DNA of 64,000 nt from the human T2T-CHM13v2.0 reference genome, Homo sapiens. Positions 46,270-61,010 of this stretch are shown here, one piece after another (within the stretch, counting starts at the first letter, position 1; each line of letters starts with the position of its first letter). The notes beneath the pieces were generated by a model. It did not search any database. It was not told the DNA's origin and saw only the letters and a list, made by a program, of their open reading frames with translations. The DNA lies in NCBI RefSeq assembly GCF_009914755.1, contig NC_060925.1, one strand, 5' to 3'. Made by a program: the position numbers and the translations under genes.

Positions 46270-46450
46270 TTGGGGTGATTTGGCGCCCTCTACAGACTAT
46301 AATGGCAAAAGCGACGCTATCATGTGCTTCCCATAGCTTTAGGGCTTTGCCAGAACTATGACGTTGAGGAGGGTGGGGTAAAGGGGCAGGAAGCGTTTAT
46401 GTTCTGCCAATCCAACAGCTGTATTCTAACTCACCATTCCGCCCTCCCTT
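46270..46450 (+). promoter_or_regulatory. Probable FMO4 promoter
   Basis: Local CpG enrichment in unique DNA just upstream of the first donor; TTTGGCGC (E2F-like), CTCF-like motif, TGACG (CRE half-site), GGGTGGGG and CCGCCC (Sp/KLF), CAGGAAG (ETS). Confidence 0.6.
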
Positions 46451-46711
46451 AAGATCACGGAAGTATCACGCTTGCCTCTTACACAACTTTTTTTCCTTAG
46501 TCTGTATACTTTCTGCTGTCACTAGCATAACAGAAAAGACGAATGGCTTTTGTTTTAAACTGAGGGCACTTTTACAAAAGTCATCTTTCCATTTATTTTT
46601 CTTTCAGAAAAAAGAATTTGGGTTTTGAGCTTTTTTAAAAAAAAAAGACAAACACTTTCCTTGACTTTGAGAAATAATTTAAGTCAAAGAATCTGCTCTA
46701 TGCTAACCAAG
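46400..46711 (+). other. FMO4: FMO4 non-coding exon 1 (5' boundary uncertain)
   Basis: Consensus donor AAG|GTAAGT at 46711/46712; joins my recollection of the FMO4 5' UTR sequence. Confidence 0.7.
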
Positions 46712-47307
46712 GTAAGTGTCCTGGATTTTTTTTTTAATGGGGAAATGATCCAGAAACTGCTTTCACAAAAGATGAATGTTTTTCTTGGAGTGTGTTCCTT
46801 AAGAATGAATGTGATTATCTTCTTTTGGGGTCTCTTGACTAGGGCTAAAGCAAGAGAATTAAGGAGAGAGTCAGGAAGCAAAGGGAAGTTGTAAGGAAAC
46901 AAAGTTATGTTGTGGACAGAACCATCCAAAAGGAAAGTGTCAGTGAGATAAACAGAATCATGAGACTTTCAGTGACTCCAGTGACCTCTGATTTCATCTT
47001 ATGAATGAGATGGAAATGCCAGCCATTGGGAAACAAATACCCCATAGATGGCGTGGGAAAAAAATACTGTAACAAAGCAAGAGCATGGTAGGATGATGAT
47101 AAGAAACATAAAATGATCAAATTTCAAATTCAAAGAAATCATAATTGATTACATGATTTGCAAATCACCCAAGTCTCTCCATGTCTCATAAAGGATTCCT
47201 ACATTTGCTGGTCAGTCAGGTATAGGGTGGGGTTTTCCCGTTGTACAAAGGTCTAGTTCAATAGGTCAGGTCTCCTTTCTGCCAAGGGACTAAATATAAG
47301 CAACCTA

Positions 47308-47636
<329 letters not shown>

Positions 47637-48483
47637 TTATGAAGTCCACTTTATAGTTTGCAGAGTTTGCACACACGTTCTCCCAATCCTTCAAGCCTGC
47701 AGTATTCTCGCCTACCTTTGAATTCATATCTTTTTTTTTTTGTGCACCAATTACTTGGTTTTCAGACATAAGAACAGTCCTTTCAAGCTTGAAGGAAACA
47801 AAGAGAAAGCCACTTGAACCCTCTGTTTTACAAATGTGGAAGCACTGGCTCAGAGAAATTGAGAATTGTGTCCAGGGTTACAAGCTGCTTAGAGGCAGAA
47901 GCAGAACTAGAACTCAGATCTCTCAATTTCCAGTTCACTCACTACCTTCCTCTACTGACTCAAGGCAAAATTTAAAAAGGTTGCTCCCATTCAGAAATTT
48001 ATAGTCTGTAAATACGGATTAATTTTAAAAGGTGCTAATTCCCAATTTGTTTCTACTGCCTGTAGAGTCTCTAAGTCAGTCCTTAAAGTGCTTTTGCCCA
48101 GCACGTTTTTAACCCCACAGGCCACTCTGTGTCACTAACTAGGTCTCTAGACAGGGATAATAAACAGGCCAGGAGAGTGCAAGCATTCATGCCTAGAGCA
48201 TGCTGCTACCATAGGACTTAGCACAAGGTAGTATCAGCCTCTCCATATACAACATCTTAAGAGCAGTCACGGTCTTTTTTAAATTCTAAGACTTTACTAC
48301 TATTTCTTAGTTGCAGGGTCTTCATTATCTTCAGGGCCCCATACTTAGCTTAGGACCTGCACTTAGAGGTACCCAGGGCATATTTGTTGAATGAATTAAT
48401 TTGCTTCCAGTCTATTCACGTCAGTATATTTTTCACTTTGGCAATTCAGTTAGCAGTCATTTCTTTTTACCTTATGATTGCAG

Positions 48484-48625
48484 AGATAGAGCACAGCAAA
48501 GATCTGCCAGCCCCAGGCCTCTACCTAGTGGCCTGGAAATTCAAGTATTCTTATTGGTGGAGGCCATTTGTTTCTGATTAGAAGCTGTCTAAACCTCCTA
48601 CTCCTCAACTCAAAGGAAAACACAG
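48484..48625 (+). other. FMO4: FMO4 non-coding exon 2 (142 bp)
   Basis: Pyrimidine tract plus tgcAG acceptor and CAG|GTATGT donor; no ATG inside. Confidence 0.75.
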
Positions 48626-50294
48626 GTATGTCTGCCTACTCCTTTCCAAACTTGTTGATACATTTTATCTGTATGAACTGTCTTTTCCAAGGAGAAGAGA
48701 AGGAAGACAGGAGACAAGTAGGGAGGTAGAGAATGAACACTGAGTAAATATTTTGTGCAAGGCACTTTTTTGTGTAAGTAATATCAAGTTTTTTAAAATG
48801 CAAACAATCCTTCAACATAGATATTTTTATTATTTTACAAATAATATATCTAAGGTTGCTTCAGTCGGTTGCTCAGGGTCATATGGCTAGTTGGTAGCAG
48901 AGAAAGTTCAAACCCAACTCTGCTGCCTCCAAAATCCATTTTCATTGCATTCCATATAGCTCTCTCAACTAAATAGGGACTCCCAAATAAAAAGTCTAAG
49001 AGGAAAAATGATGCATTTTTTAATACATAATGAAGCCAGGTATGGCAATCTCAGCCTTACAAAGGCAAGGCAGCAAATACATTCAGAAATTGGCAGCCCT
49101 AGGAAATCCTTCTGATCCTCATTGCAAGTTCATGAATCTGCCTTAGGGTCAGGTAAGTCTAAGGGTTCCTGGAGGACTCAGGAGTCTTTCTTTACTCCCT
49201 CCAGTCAGTAAATTCTCTTAGATTTTGTGCCTGGGGCTTCTGATCTGATTAAGAGACAAGCTACAGAGCCATAGAGAAAAACTCCAAGCCCATCCCAAAG
49301 GTGCAGCAGCAAACCTGAGCAAAGATGAAGGAAGAGGCTTAGTGACGGGAACCACAGGATACCTCAGGCTCTCAGACCAACAGCATGTTCACATCTTGGT
49401 TTCAGATCCTGAAATCCATACTCAGTGCAAACTCTGCCTCTTAATAGCAGTGTAGTCTTAAGTTGTTTCAAATGATTATGCTGATTTCCCATTTACTGGT
49501 CCTAATAGCTCAAAAAATATATGCTCTCTTGTTTCCCCAAGGCAAATACCACTGTGATAAGTGACATGAGACTACAAAAATCACACAGGGGTTATACAGC
49601 TTGATCTTTCCTCAAAAAATGCTGTATCTTCAAAGGCAAAGTGAAATGAGTTATATATATTTCATAAAACAATGGAATACTTTGAGGTCTCAACTATCAT
49701 TTGTGTGTCTTCTGAATTGGCCAAGTGGGTTGCAGGGAAATGCAGGGAAAAGCAGCACTTGCAACTAAGTCTACATGACATATTAAGGGCCTCAGTGTGA
49801 CATAAACTTGATTTACTAGAATTAACTCAGCCCATTTGATTGAGGCAAAAGCAATGTGATATGTGCAGAAATGATAAAATCCAGAAAAACTGGTAAAAAC
49901 TGGTCCTATATCTCCATGTGTGTGTATGTGTATACTTCCTCCAGTTCCCGCTGACAAGCATGAGCATCCCCATTTCTAGCTGACATCATCGTGGGCTCTA
50001 GAATATCCCTTATGACGTTCCTTGGGGACTTTATTTTCTATTATGGTCAGTCTTGCCTCTGCAAGCTAAGAACCTCCCCTCAACCCATGTAATATCCTTG
50101 TTTTATGGCAAGGCATGACCGTGACCAGCTATTCTTTAGGACTCTAAATGCTTTGAATCAAAACCAACATTTCTACTGACTGAAATTCCTAGGATTCAGA
50201 GGCAAAGTGATAGCAAAGAGCCCCTTTAATACTGACAAATTCTAGCATCCCAACGGGGTCAAGGTACTGTCTACACTCTCTAATAGTAATACCA

Positions 50295-51002
<708 letters not shown>

Positions 51003-51122
51003 TAATAGCTAAATTTAGTTGAGCACTTACTATGTAGCAGGCACACTTCTAAAACCATTCCAACATTTATCAGTCATTTAATCTTCATAACAACCCTTTA
51101 AAGTCATTATTATTATTACTAT

Positions 51123-51845
51123 TAAAACGGAAGAGTTCCCTGAGCCCCCGCAGAACTTGCTACAGGGGTGTGGCTTGTTTGCATGTTCAAACCCCTTATG
51201 GGAAGGGGAGCATGCAGACAGGCAGGTGCAGGAGCCAGGGCTAGTGCTTTTGGGCTCTGGCCCCACAGTAGGATCTAGAGGTGTCATAAAATTAATGCTC
51301 TTTTAGCAGTTGCTATTTACAGACAGCTAAGTATTACTAGTTCAGTGGAGATTCAGGTGACAGTCTTTTACACCCTGCCCTTTTGGTACCCAGGTCCTTG
51401 TCCAAAGTCCAGGAAGAATCAGGTCACATGGACTTGAAGGATGGTGAATGCGGGTATTTTATTGAGTGGTGGAGGTGGATCTCAGTGGGCTTGCTGGGGA
51501 GCTGGAAAGGGGATGGAGTGGGAAGATGATCTTCCCCTGGAGTTTGGCCATCCTGGGCCGATCTTTCCAACCATCCCCAGCTGAACTCCTCTTGATATTC
51601 AAACACTCCTTCTCTTCTCTCCTTCTCTGCCACACTGCTCTGCTCTGCCACTGGAGCTTGGGGTTTATATGGGCATGGGATAGGGCATGGTGGGCCAGAG
51701 TGGTCTTGGAAAAGGCAACATTGGGGTGCAAAAACAGGAATGCCTGTTCTCATTTAGGGCTGTAGGTTTCCAGGCTTGAGGGTGGGGCGTTTGCCAGGGA
51801 ACTGCTCTCTCCTACTCAGTATTTCCTTGCCTCCTGTTAGTATCA
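51123..51845 (-). mobile_element. Solo ERV1 LTR (LTR1/LTR27/LTR28 group) inserted in a MIR
   Basis: Reverse strand begins TGATACTAACAGGAGGCAAGGAAATACTG; 4-bp TSD CTAT at 51119-51122 and 51846-51849; MIR sequence on both flanks. Confidence 0.8.
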
Positions 51846-52123
51846 CTATTATTACCATTCACATTTTACAGGTGAGAAAACTGAGTCCTAGACAGGATAG
51901 TTAGCCCAAGATCACACAGTTAATAAGTAGTGAAGCCAAGACTTAAACCAAAACAATCTGATTTCAGAGCCTGGATTTTTAAGCAGCATGTGATTCTGCC
52001 CCCACTCAAAGATGAAAAAAAGGCATATATAGCACTACAAAAATTGAGTCTTTTGACAAGGGCTCCCTTCCAAACTTATTAAATAAAGAAGTTCTGCTTG
52101 ACTTTCCTCTAACAGAGCATACC

Positions 52124-52255
52124 ATGGCCAAGAAAGTTGCAGTGATTGGAGCTGGTGTGAGTGGCCTCTCCTCCATCAAATGCTGTGTGGATGAGGACCT
52201 GGAGCCCACCTGCTTTGAGAGAAGTGATGACATTGGGGGATTATGGAAGTTTACT
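52124..52255 (+). CDS. FMO4: FMO4 first coding exon (exon starts 52116): FAD-binding motif
   Basis: accATGG Kozak; [44 protein letters not shown]; GTACGT donor. Confidence 0.97.
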
Positions 52256-53009
52256 GTACGTGGTTCATCTCTATCAGTCATGATCTGGCCATTTGCTTTG
52301 TCTCTGCTCAGACATGGTGGCTTTAGCCTGCCTTGGTGATCAAGTAAGGGAGTGGCTTACTGCAACGGCACAAACAAGTGCATAATGCAGTGTTAAACAT
52401 TAGGCAGGATGCAGTCTGATTGGTGAGGAATCTTGAGAATGCGCAGACTCGGGTCAGGGACAGTTGGAAGAGAGAGGAAAAAAGAGTTAACTCTGATAAA
52501 TAAGCATAGTATTGGACATTTATGATGATTTCTGGACCATGGACATTCTAAGACAAAGCAGCAGAGTGTAACATCAGGCAAACTGAATAGCATTGGTGAA
52601 CATAAAACAGATTACACTCTAGGGAGAATGGAAGTTGGCAACAGGGAGTGGAACCACAACCCCCAGACATTGTTCAGGTCTTTAGGAACAGAACTGGCAA
52701 GAGTGAGGCATGGCCCCAGATCTTGGAAGGCCTTGTGGGAGGGGGAGGGTTCCCTGTCACATTTTCAGAATACAAAGAACTCAGGCACTAACCAATCATT
52801 CTTTGAAGTGGAATATTTAGCCTCGGAGGCTACACTCAGGTCCAGGCCACCTGTTAGGTGACTTGAGCATCAGACAGTGGGGATGGAAGTGGTTAAATAC
52901 CACCTGCCTCTGGTCAGGATTGGTGCTGGTTACTGGAAGTAGCAGGGTATCCAGTAGGGACTGAGGGATCTGCCCCAGTAGTGAAGTATAAGGAGGTATC
53001 AGAAGGTTT

Positions 53010-53142
53010 ATGCCTGTAATCCCAGCACTTTGGGAGGCTGAGGTGGGAGGATCACTTGAGGCCAGGAGCTCAAGACCAGCATGGGCGGCATAGTGAGACC
53101 CTATCTCTACAAAAAATAAAATGAAAAACAAACAAAAAAAAT
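53010..53142 (+). mobile_element. FLAM / Alu left monomer
   Basis: Single monomer with A-rich tail. Confidence 0.8.
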
Positions 53143-53620
53143 AAGATGGAAGCTAGGCAGGCCCAAGTACTAAATGCTATAGGGGAAAAGAAGAGTGGCA
53201 TTCGTTCAACAGGCGTGAGAGAGAAGCCTTCATAGAAGACATGTTGTTTGCTATTAATAGATCTCTGATGGATGATGAATAAAACAGAATAAGCAACTAC
53301 ATATAAGCAGGAGTAACCATAACCCTAGGATTATAGTATACTAGGAGAAAAAAAAAATGGTATATTGTTAACCTCATCAAGCCACCAAATGTTAATGTGG
53401 AAGGAAAATATTGGGTCTGGTTTATGTAGCTTCTGCTATTTGACCCCACAGTTGGTTTGGTTTACTTCTTCTATTCTAAAGTAATACAGATTAAGTTTAG
53501 AAAACAATCTTGAGGTAAACAAATAGGGAAAAAAAAGAAAAATATAAATTAAGTAAGTAACAATACTCACAAATTAGTACTATTAACATTTCAATGTAAT
53601 TTCTCTCAGTCATATATATA

Positions 53621-53970
53621 CAGTTGTCTCTTGGTGTCCGTGGGGGTTTAGGTATCCCTTTGGTTTTGCTGTGGATACCAAAATTCACAAATGCTCAAGT
53701 TCCTAATAGAAAATGGCATAATATTTGCATGTAGCCTACACACATCCTCCTGAATATTTTAAATGTTCTCTAGATTACTTATAATGCCTAATACAATATA
53801 AATGCTATATAAATAGCTGTTACACTGTAATGTTTAGGGAATAATCACGAGGAAAGAAATATGTACACGTTCAATACATATGGAAGCATCCTTTATTTTT
53901 CCCAAATATTTTCCATCCTTGGTTGATTGAATCCATGGATCTAGAACCTACAGATACAGAGGGCCAGCTG
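53621..53970 (+). mobile_element. MER2 (Tigger-family) DNA transposon
   Basis: TA-flanked CAGTTGTCTCTTGGTGTC...GATACAGAGGGCCAGCTG imperfect TIRs; MER2-like interior. Confidence 0.8.
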
Positions 53971-54868
53971 TACTATTTTTTTTTTCAAAAATGTTATCAT
54001 AATATTAATTTTCACTCATTCAACAAGTACTTATCATGTCCTTCTGCCAGGACACAATGATAAACAAGGTAGACAGGGGCTCTGCCCTCCTTGTAGTCCG
54101 GTGGGAAACAGAAACAGTAAATAGGGAATTATAACACAGTGTCATCAAGTTCGTGGTAGAAGTACAGGATGCAGCAGGGCCGCATCAGCTACCTTATGCA
54201 GCGCTGTTGGGTCATGGATGACTTCTTAGAGAAAGTGACAGCTAAGAAAGAGGCTTAAGGGAGAAACAGAGATTAGCTTCAGCCACAAGAAGTTCATTGG
54301 TGTCTTTAATATAGACCTATTTGTTTTGTTGTTTTGTTTTTGAGTGATGGAGATTGAATCAAGATAAGTTGAGGACTTCATGAAAAAACAGAGGCTGCAG
54401 TAAATGATTCTTCTATGAAGATTGAGATAGGATGGAGAGAGACAGGGCTGAAGGGGACATAGGTTGAGAGGATGTTTTGTTTTGTTTTTAAAATTAGAGT
54501 ATTTTGTGCTGATGAGAAGGAGCCAATAAAGGAAGGTAGATTGGGAATATACGGAGACAATAATGAGAAAAATTAGTAAGGTATTCCCTGAGGAAAGGCA
54601 AAAAGGAACATGTCCAGGGCATGAGTGGAGGGAGTAGCCATGCCAATGAAAGAAGGAAAAGATAAACAAGACAGATAATAAGCCCTGCATTCATGGAATT
54701 GTTTAAGGACAATGTTAGTCTTGGAGAGCCCTATTTAATTTGGTTAGCTTCTTTGTGGTTTGAAAAATATATTGATTTTAATTATACAATCCCACCAATG
54801 ATTTCTGATAATTATAGCTTAGAGACCTAATGCTGGGTTTCCTGGAACTCTTTAAAATTACAAATAGT

Positions 54869-55165
<297 letters not shown>

Positions 55166-55301
55166 AAAAGTAAATAAAATTACAAATGGAACATTAATTG
55201 CTATAACCCGCCCTCAGTGAGGCTAGCATGAGCCACCATGATCTCTGTTCTCTTCCTCCTATCTCCATTATCCCAACAAGCTAACTATGCCTTCACCACA
55301 G

Positions 55302-55490
55302 GAATCTTCCAAAGATGGGATGACCAGGGTCTATAAGTCATTAGTGACAAATGTCTGTAAGGAAATGTCATGTTACAGTGACTTCCCTTTCCACGAAGAT
55401 TATCCTAATTTCATGAACCATGAAAAATTTTGGGACTATCTCCAAGAATTTGCTGAGCACTTTGACCTCCTGAAATACATTCAGTTTAAG
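55302..55490 (+). CDS. FMO4: FMO4 coding exon 2 (189 bp)
   Basis: Branch-like CTAAC at 55281, cacAG acceptor; ESSKDGMTRVYKSLVTNVCKEMSCYSDFP...FDLLKYIQFK; GTAAGA donor. Confidence 0.96.
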
Positions 55491-55677
55491 GTAAGATACT
55501 TTGGGTTATGGAAGATGAATAGATGGGGGCTGGCCTATTCAGCAATCTAATGAAAATTGGATGTTTAAAGTAAACTTTTTATTGATTTTATCTCCAAATA
55601 AATAGGAAGATAATAAGGACTCCTCACTTCCGCTGCTGCTCAAGTTTTACTCGAATAAATCGTTAAAATACTGAATT

Positions 55678-55975
55678 GGGGACGGGTGCAGTGGCTCACA
55701 CCTGTAATCGCAATACTTTGGAAGGCCGAGGCAGGCAGATCACTTGAGGTCAGGAGTTTGAGACCAGTATGGCCAACATGGTGAAATTCCACCTTTACTA
55801 AAAATACAAAAATTAGCTGGGTGTGGTGGTGCACACCTGTGATTCCAGCTTCTCAGGAGGCTGAAGCATGAGAATTGCTTGAACCTGGGAGGCAGAGGTT
55901 GCAGTGAGCCAAGATCATGCCACTGCACTCTAGCCTGGGCCACAGAGTGAGACTCCATCTCAAAAATAAAATAAA
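55678..55975 (+). mobile_element. Alu (AluS-like)
   Basis: Forward Alu; TSD aaaat(a/g)ctgaatt. Confidence 0.9.
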
Positions 55976-56435
55976 ATGCTGAATTTGCTGATTCCTCCTC
56001 TAAATGCCAAACTCTCATTCAGGATGAAATTTTGACTTTTTTTAAGAGAGAAAAAAAGAATTTTGTCCATGAAGCCCATTGGGGAAAAAAAATCTAGATG
56101 TCTGAACCACAGAAATTACAATAAGGCAAAACTAATTTTCCTAAATTTCCCAAAACATTGGGCATTGTAACTCATCTCTTTCTCACCAGGAATAAAACGT
56201 GATTGTTTCTTCCTTCCACTGAAAGATTCAAATGTCTTGAGTTAAAGTCTATATTGCCACCTTTGTGAGTTTGCATAAGTTACTTAACTTCTCTAGGAAG
56301 ATGATAAATCAATATTAATAGACCTCCTGTCATGGGACTTGGCCTACTAAAAGTAACAGACATGGTTACCACACCAGTCATTGCATGAGGTCCAAGGGTG
56401 TTAGTGAGAAGTGAGTGTTTGTCTTTCACTTTTAG

Positions 56436-56598
56436 ACCACTGTGTGCAGCATAACGAAGCGTCCAGACTTCTCCGAAACTGGTCAGTGGGATGTTGTCAC
56501 AGAGACAGAGGGCAAGCAAAATAGAGCTGTCTTTGATGCTGTTATGGTTTGCACTGGACATTTCCTGAATCCCCATTTACCTTTGGAAGCCTTTCCTG
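56436..56598 (+). CDS. FMO4: FMO4 coding exon 3 (163 bp)
   Basis: tttAG acceptor; [55 protein letters not shown]; GTGAGT donor. Confidence 0.96.
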
Positions 56599-57137
56599 GT
56601 GAGTCATTTCTACCTGAGACCATGCCTATGCTTCTGGGTTCTTCTAGAAGTAAACTTATTGATTTGCAGTTGGAAATACCGCCCCATGATTATAGATGGC
56701 TTTATATTCATTCTCAAAAATAATATGTGCAAAATTACTTTAAAAGTTGTATAACGCACTATGTAGGTGTCAGGTCTTATTTATTTATTAATATAAATAT
56801 TATTGTTATTGCTTAAGCTTTCTAATGTGTGTCTAATTCAAATTCAGTGATCACATAAGGTTCAAAACAATCAGATCTGTCATGAAAAAGAACAGGCTTT
56901 GATTTTAGGGATTAAATTACAGGTAATTTGAATCAGGACTGGCCTGTAATAGAACTTACAGGAAGTGAGAGTATATGATTTTTTTTTAAAGAAACAAACC
57001 AGAAATTAAACATGTAAAGCAATATATTCAACCTTCTCTAGAGTTGGAGGTTCTTGGACAAATAAAACTTTAAAAGGGAAAAAAAAGCAATATAGTCACC
57101 CTTCAAAACAGTCAACATAATAATCATACAATTCTTT

Positions 57138-57435
57138 GGCTGGGCATAGCGGTTCATACCTGTAATCCCAGTACTTTGGGAGGCCGAGGGAGGCCAGAAG
57201 TAGGAGACCAGCCTGGGCATCATGCTGAAACCCTGTCTTTACTAAAAATACAAAAATTATCTGGGCATGATGGCTCATGCCTGTAATCCCAGCTACTCAG
57301 CAGGCTGAGGCACAAGAATTGCTTGAACCTGGGGGAGTGGCGGTTGCAGTGAGCAAAGATCACGTCACTGAACTTCAGCCGGGGCCACAGAGTGAGACTC
57401 TGTCTCAAAAATAAATGAACAAATAAATAAATAAT
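57138..57435 (+). mobile_element. Alu
   Basis: Forward Alu; TSD aataatcatacaa(t/c)tctt. Confidence 0.88.
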
Positions 57436-58111
57436 CATACAACTCTTAAACCAGGGCTATCCATAGAAAGGAGTTTTAGAAACTTCCATTTGGAAATGCT
57501 TTTCACTGTGACAACATATTCTTTTTAATATACTCATGACTGACAAATTGCCATCATTTTGAGGTCAAAACTGATTATTTGAGAAGCCAAAAGCTATTCA
57601 AATTCAGTTGAGGGAAATAAAATTAATCAATTGAGGATTACTAAAATGTAATAAAGCTACTCTTTTGTTACATATTAGTGGCCCTAAAGGCAATTGAATA
57701 GGTGAGTTTTTGAAGTATCTTCAAGGAATTAAAAGAACTTTTAAGGAAGGAAAACCTTGAAGAATAAAACATGCAAACGTTGGCAAAATGAAGGAAAATA
57801 CTTCTTATAAATGTAATCACAAATTGACAAAATATCCTACTCAAAAAGGAATGAAGTGAAAATTCAATACATAATTTTGCAAGGAAACAATATTATAAAT
57901 GGTGGTTGGCTTCAGGCTTGCTGTTGATCTGGGGGCTAAACACACAACTGTACAGTACTAAAGGAATATAAAAACACCTCTTATGACATTTTCTATAGGA
58001 AAATGTGCTGTAAGTGCCAAACTATTGACATGGATGCTTTCGGAATTTATTCTCTTCAAGTTTGGGATTGTTTACCCTTTATTCCACACTAAATTCAGTT
58101 CCACATAGACT

Positions 58112-58114
<3 letters not shown>

Positions 58115-58165
<51 letters not shown>

Positions 58166-58422
58166 AGACAGGGTCTCACTCTGTTGCCTGAGCTGGAGTG
58201 CAGTGGTGCCATCTAGGCTCACTGCAGCCTCAACCTCCTGGGCTGAAGCAATCTTCCTGCCTCAGCCTCCAGAATAGTTGGGACTACAGGTGTGTGTCAC
58301 CACACCTGGCTCATTTTTGTATTTTTTGCAGAGACGGTGACTTGCCATGTTGCCCAGTCTGGTTTCAAACTCCTGGGCTCAAGGGATCCACCTGCTTTGG
58401 CCTTCCAAATACTGAGATTACA
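58115..58422 (-). mobile_element. Alu (AluJ-like) with ~50-nt pure poly(T)
   Basis: Long T run followed by reverse Alu. Confidence 0.88.
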
Positions 58423-58679
58423 GAACTATGACTTTTTAAGATTCTGTTTCTGCTTTTAACTAACCACCACAATATCTTTCACGAATAGCTGTAGGACCCC
58501 TGTTGAAATGAATGTTTTACTTGGGAACATGAACTCTTCTCTGCATAGAAAGTACCAGGATTATTTCTACACTATTGAAAAAAATCCATAGAAATCACAA
58601 GCTTTGTCTATAACATGTCGCCACAACTGTTTGAAAGTTGACATTGCAACACATGCATACCCTTTTTAAAAATCTATAT

Positions 58680-59172
58680 TGTCAACCTAATGGAAGAAGC
58701 TGAGGCATAAAATGTGATTTCAAAGAATTTACTTGAGTCAAAATACAATTTTAAAGAGTTACCTTGAGGATAGCTGCTTGGGAAACATTTCCAAGTTGCT
58801 TTGGGAAGTGCTCTGTTCAGCCTTTGTTACAAGCAGGTTTCTGAAGGGAACAGGGAACAAGGAGTGCACAGATACAAAGTTGTTTGACAGGAACTCTCAT
58901 TAATTTATAGAAATAGCATTGATTAGTCATTGGCTGTACATTGTTTAACTATAGGCTATGAGTTATGACATCCAGCATATAGCATTGTCAGGGTAATTTA
59001 TGGCTACTTAATGTCAGTAAGTCTAGAGCCCAAATAGCAAGTGTCTTCAAGAGGCAATTATTTAACTTATCATGGAGAGTGACATGTGACTGCTGTTAGA
59101 TTTCAATGCCTCTCTGGGCGTGATAACTTAAAGGGGACTTGCATTCCTCAGATAAAGTTTCTTTTCTTTCCA
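58680..59172 (-). mobile_element. Solo ERV1 LTR (MER4-group-like, subfamily not resolved)
   Basis: TG...CA termini with 4-bp TSD ATAT at 58676-58679 and 59173-59176. Confidence 0.7.
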
Positions 59173-59670
59173 ATATAAATTGACTTCTGCTGTTTTCCTG
59201 AATTAGTAGTTTTAATTTATCAAATATATTTCTTTTTTACTTTTTGGCACTGCATTGACATAATCATTGACTCAGAACTATCTACACATTCTCTATTTTT
59301 TCTTCTTCAATATGTAATTACGGAGAATCTGTCATTTGCAAGTCATTGTGTGAGGCAATATGAAAGATATAAAATCCATGAGCAAAGTTGAGCCCTCCAG
59401 TAAATTCCCTCCAGGAAAACCTCATAAGTGGCTGAAAGTCCCACTCTCTAATGCGTTTGATGCATATTCTGTTCCCACTTCTTGGAAACTTCTTCGTGCT
59501 CCCCTTTTCCAATTTCTAATCATCCTTTAACAAATTCTTAATTTAAGAAAATCCCCTTCAAATGCCTTCACTGGCTCAGTCCAGGCTGGACGTCCCATTG
59601 GACCCATCTTAATGCCTTCTCTTCTGGGAGGGAGTATAGTATCATGCCTGACAGCTGAGCTCCAGAGTCA

Positions 59671-60261
<591 letters not shown>

Positions 60262-60291
60262 CTAGCATAGCAAGGGCTAAATAATTGTTAG

Positions 60292-60642
<351 letters not shown>

Positions 60643-60666
60643 AGAGGACAAATTCTTTGAGGATAT

Positions 60667-61010
<344 letters not shown>

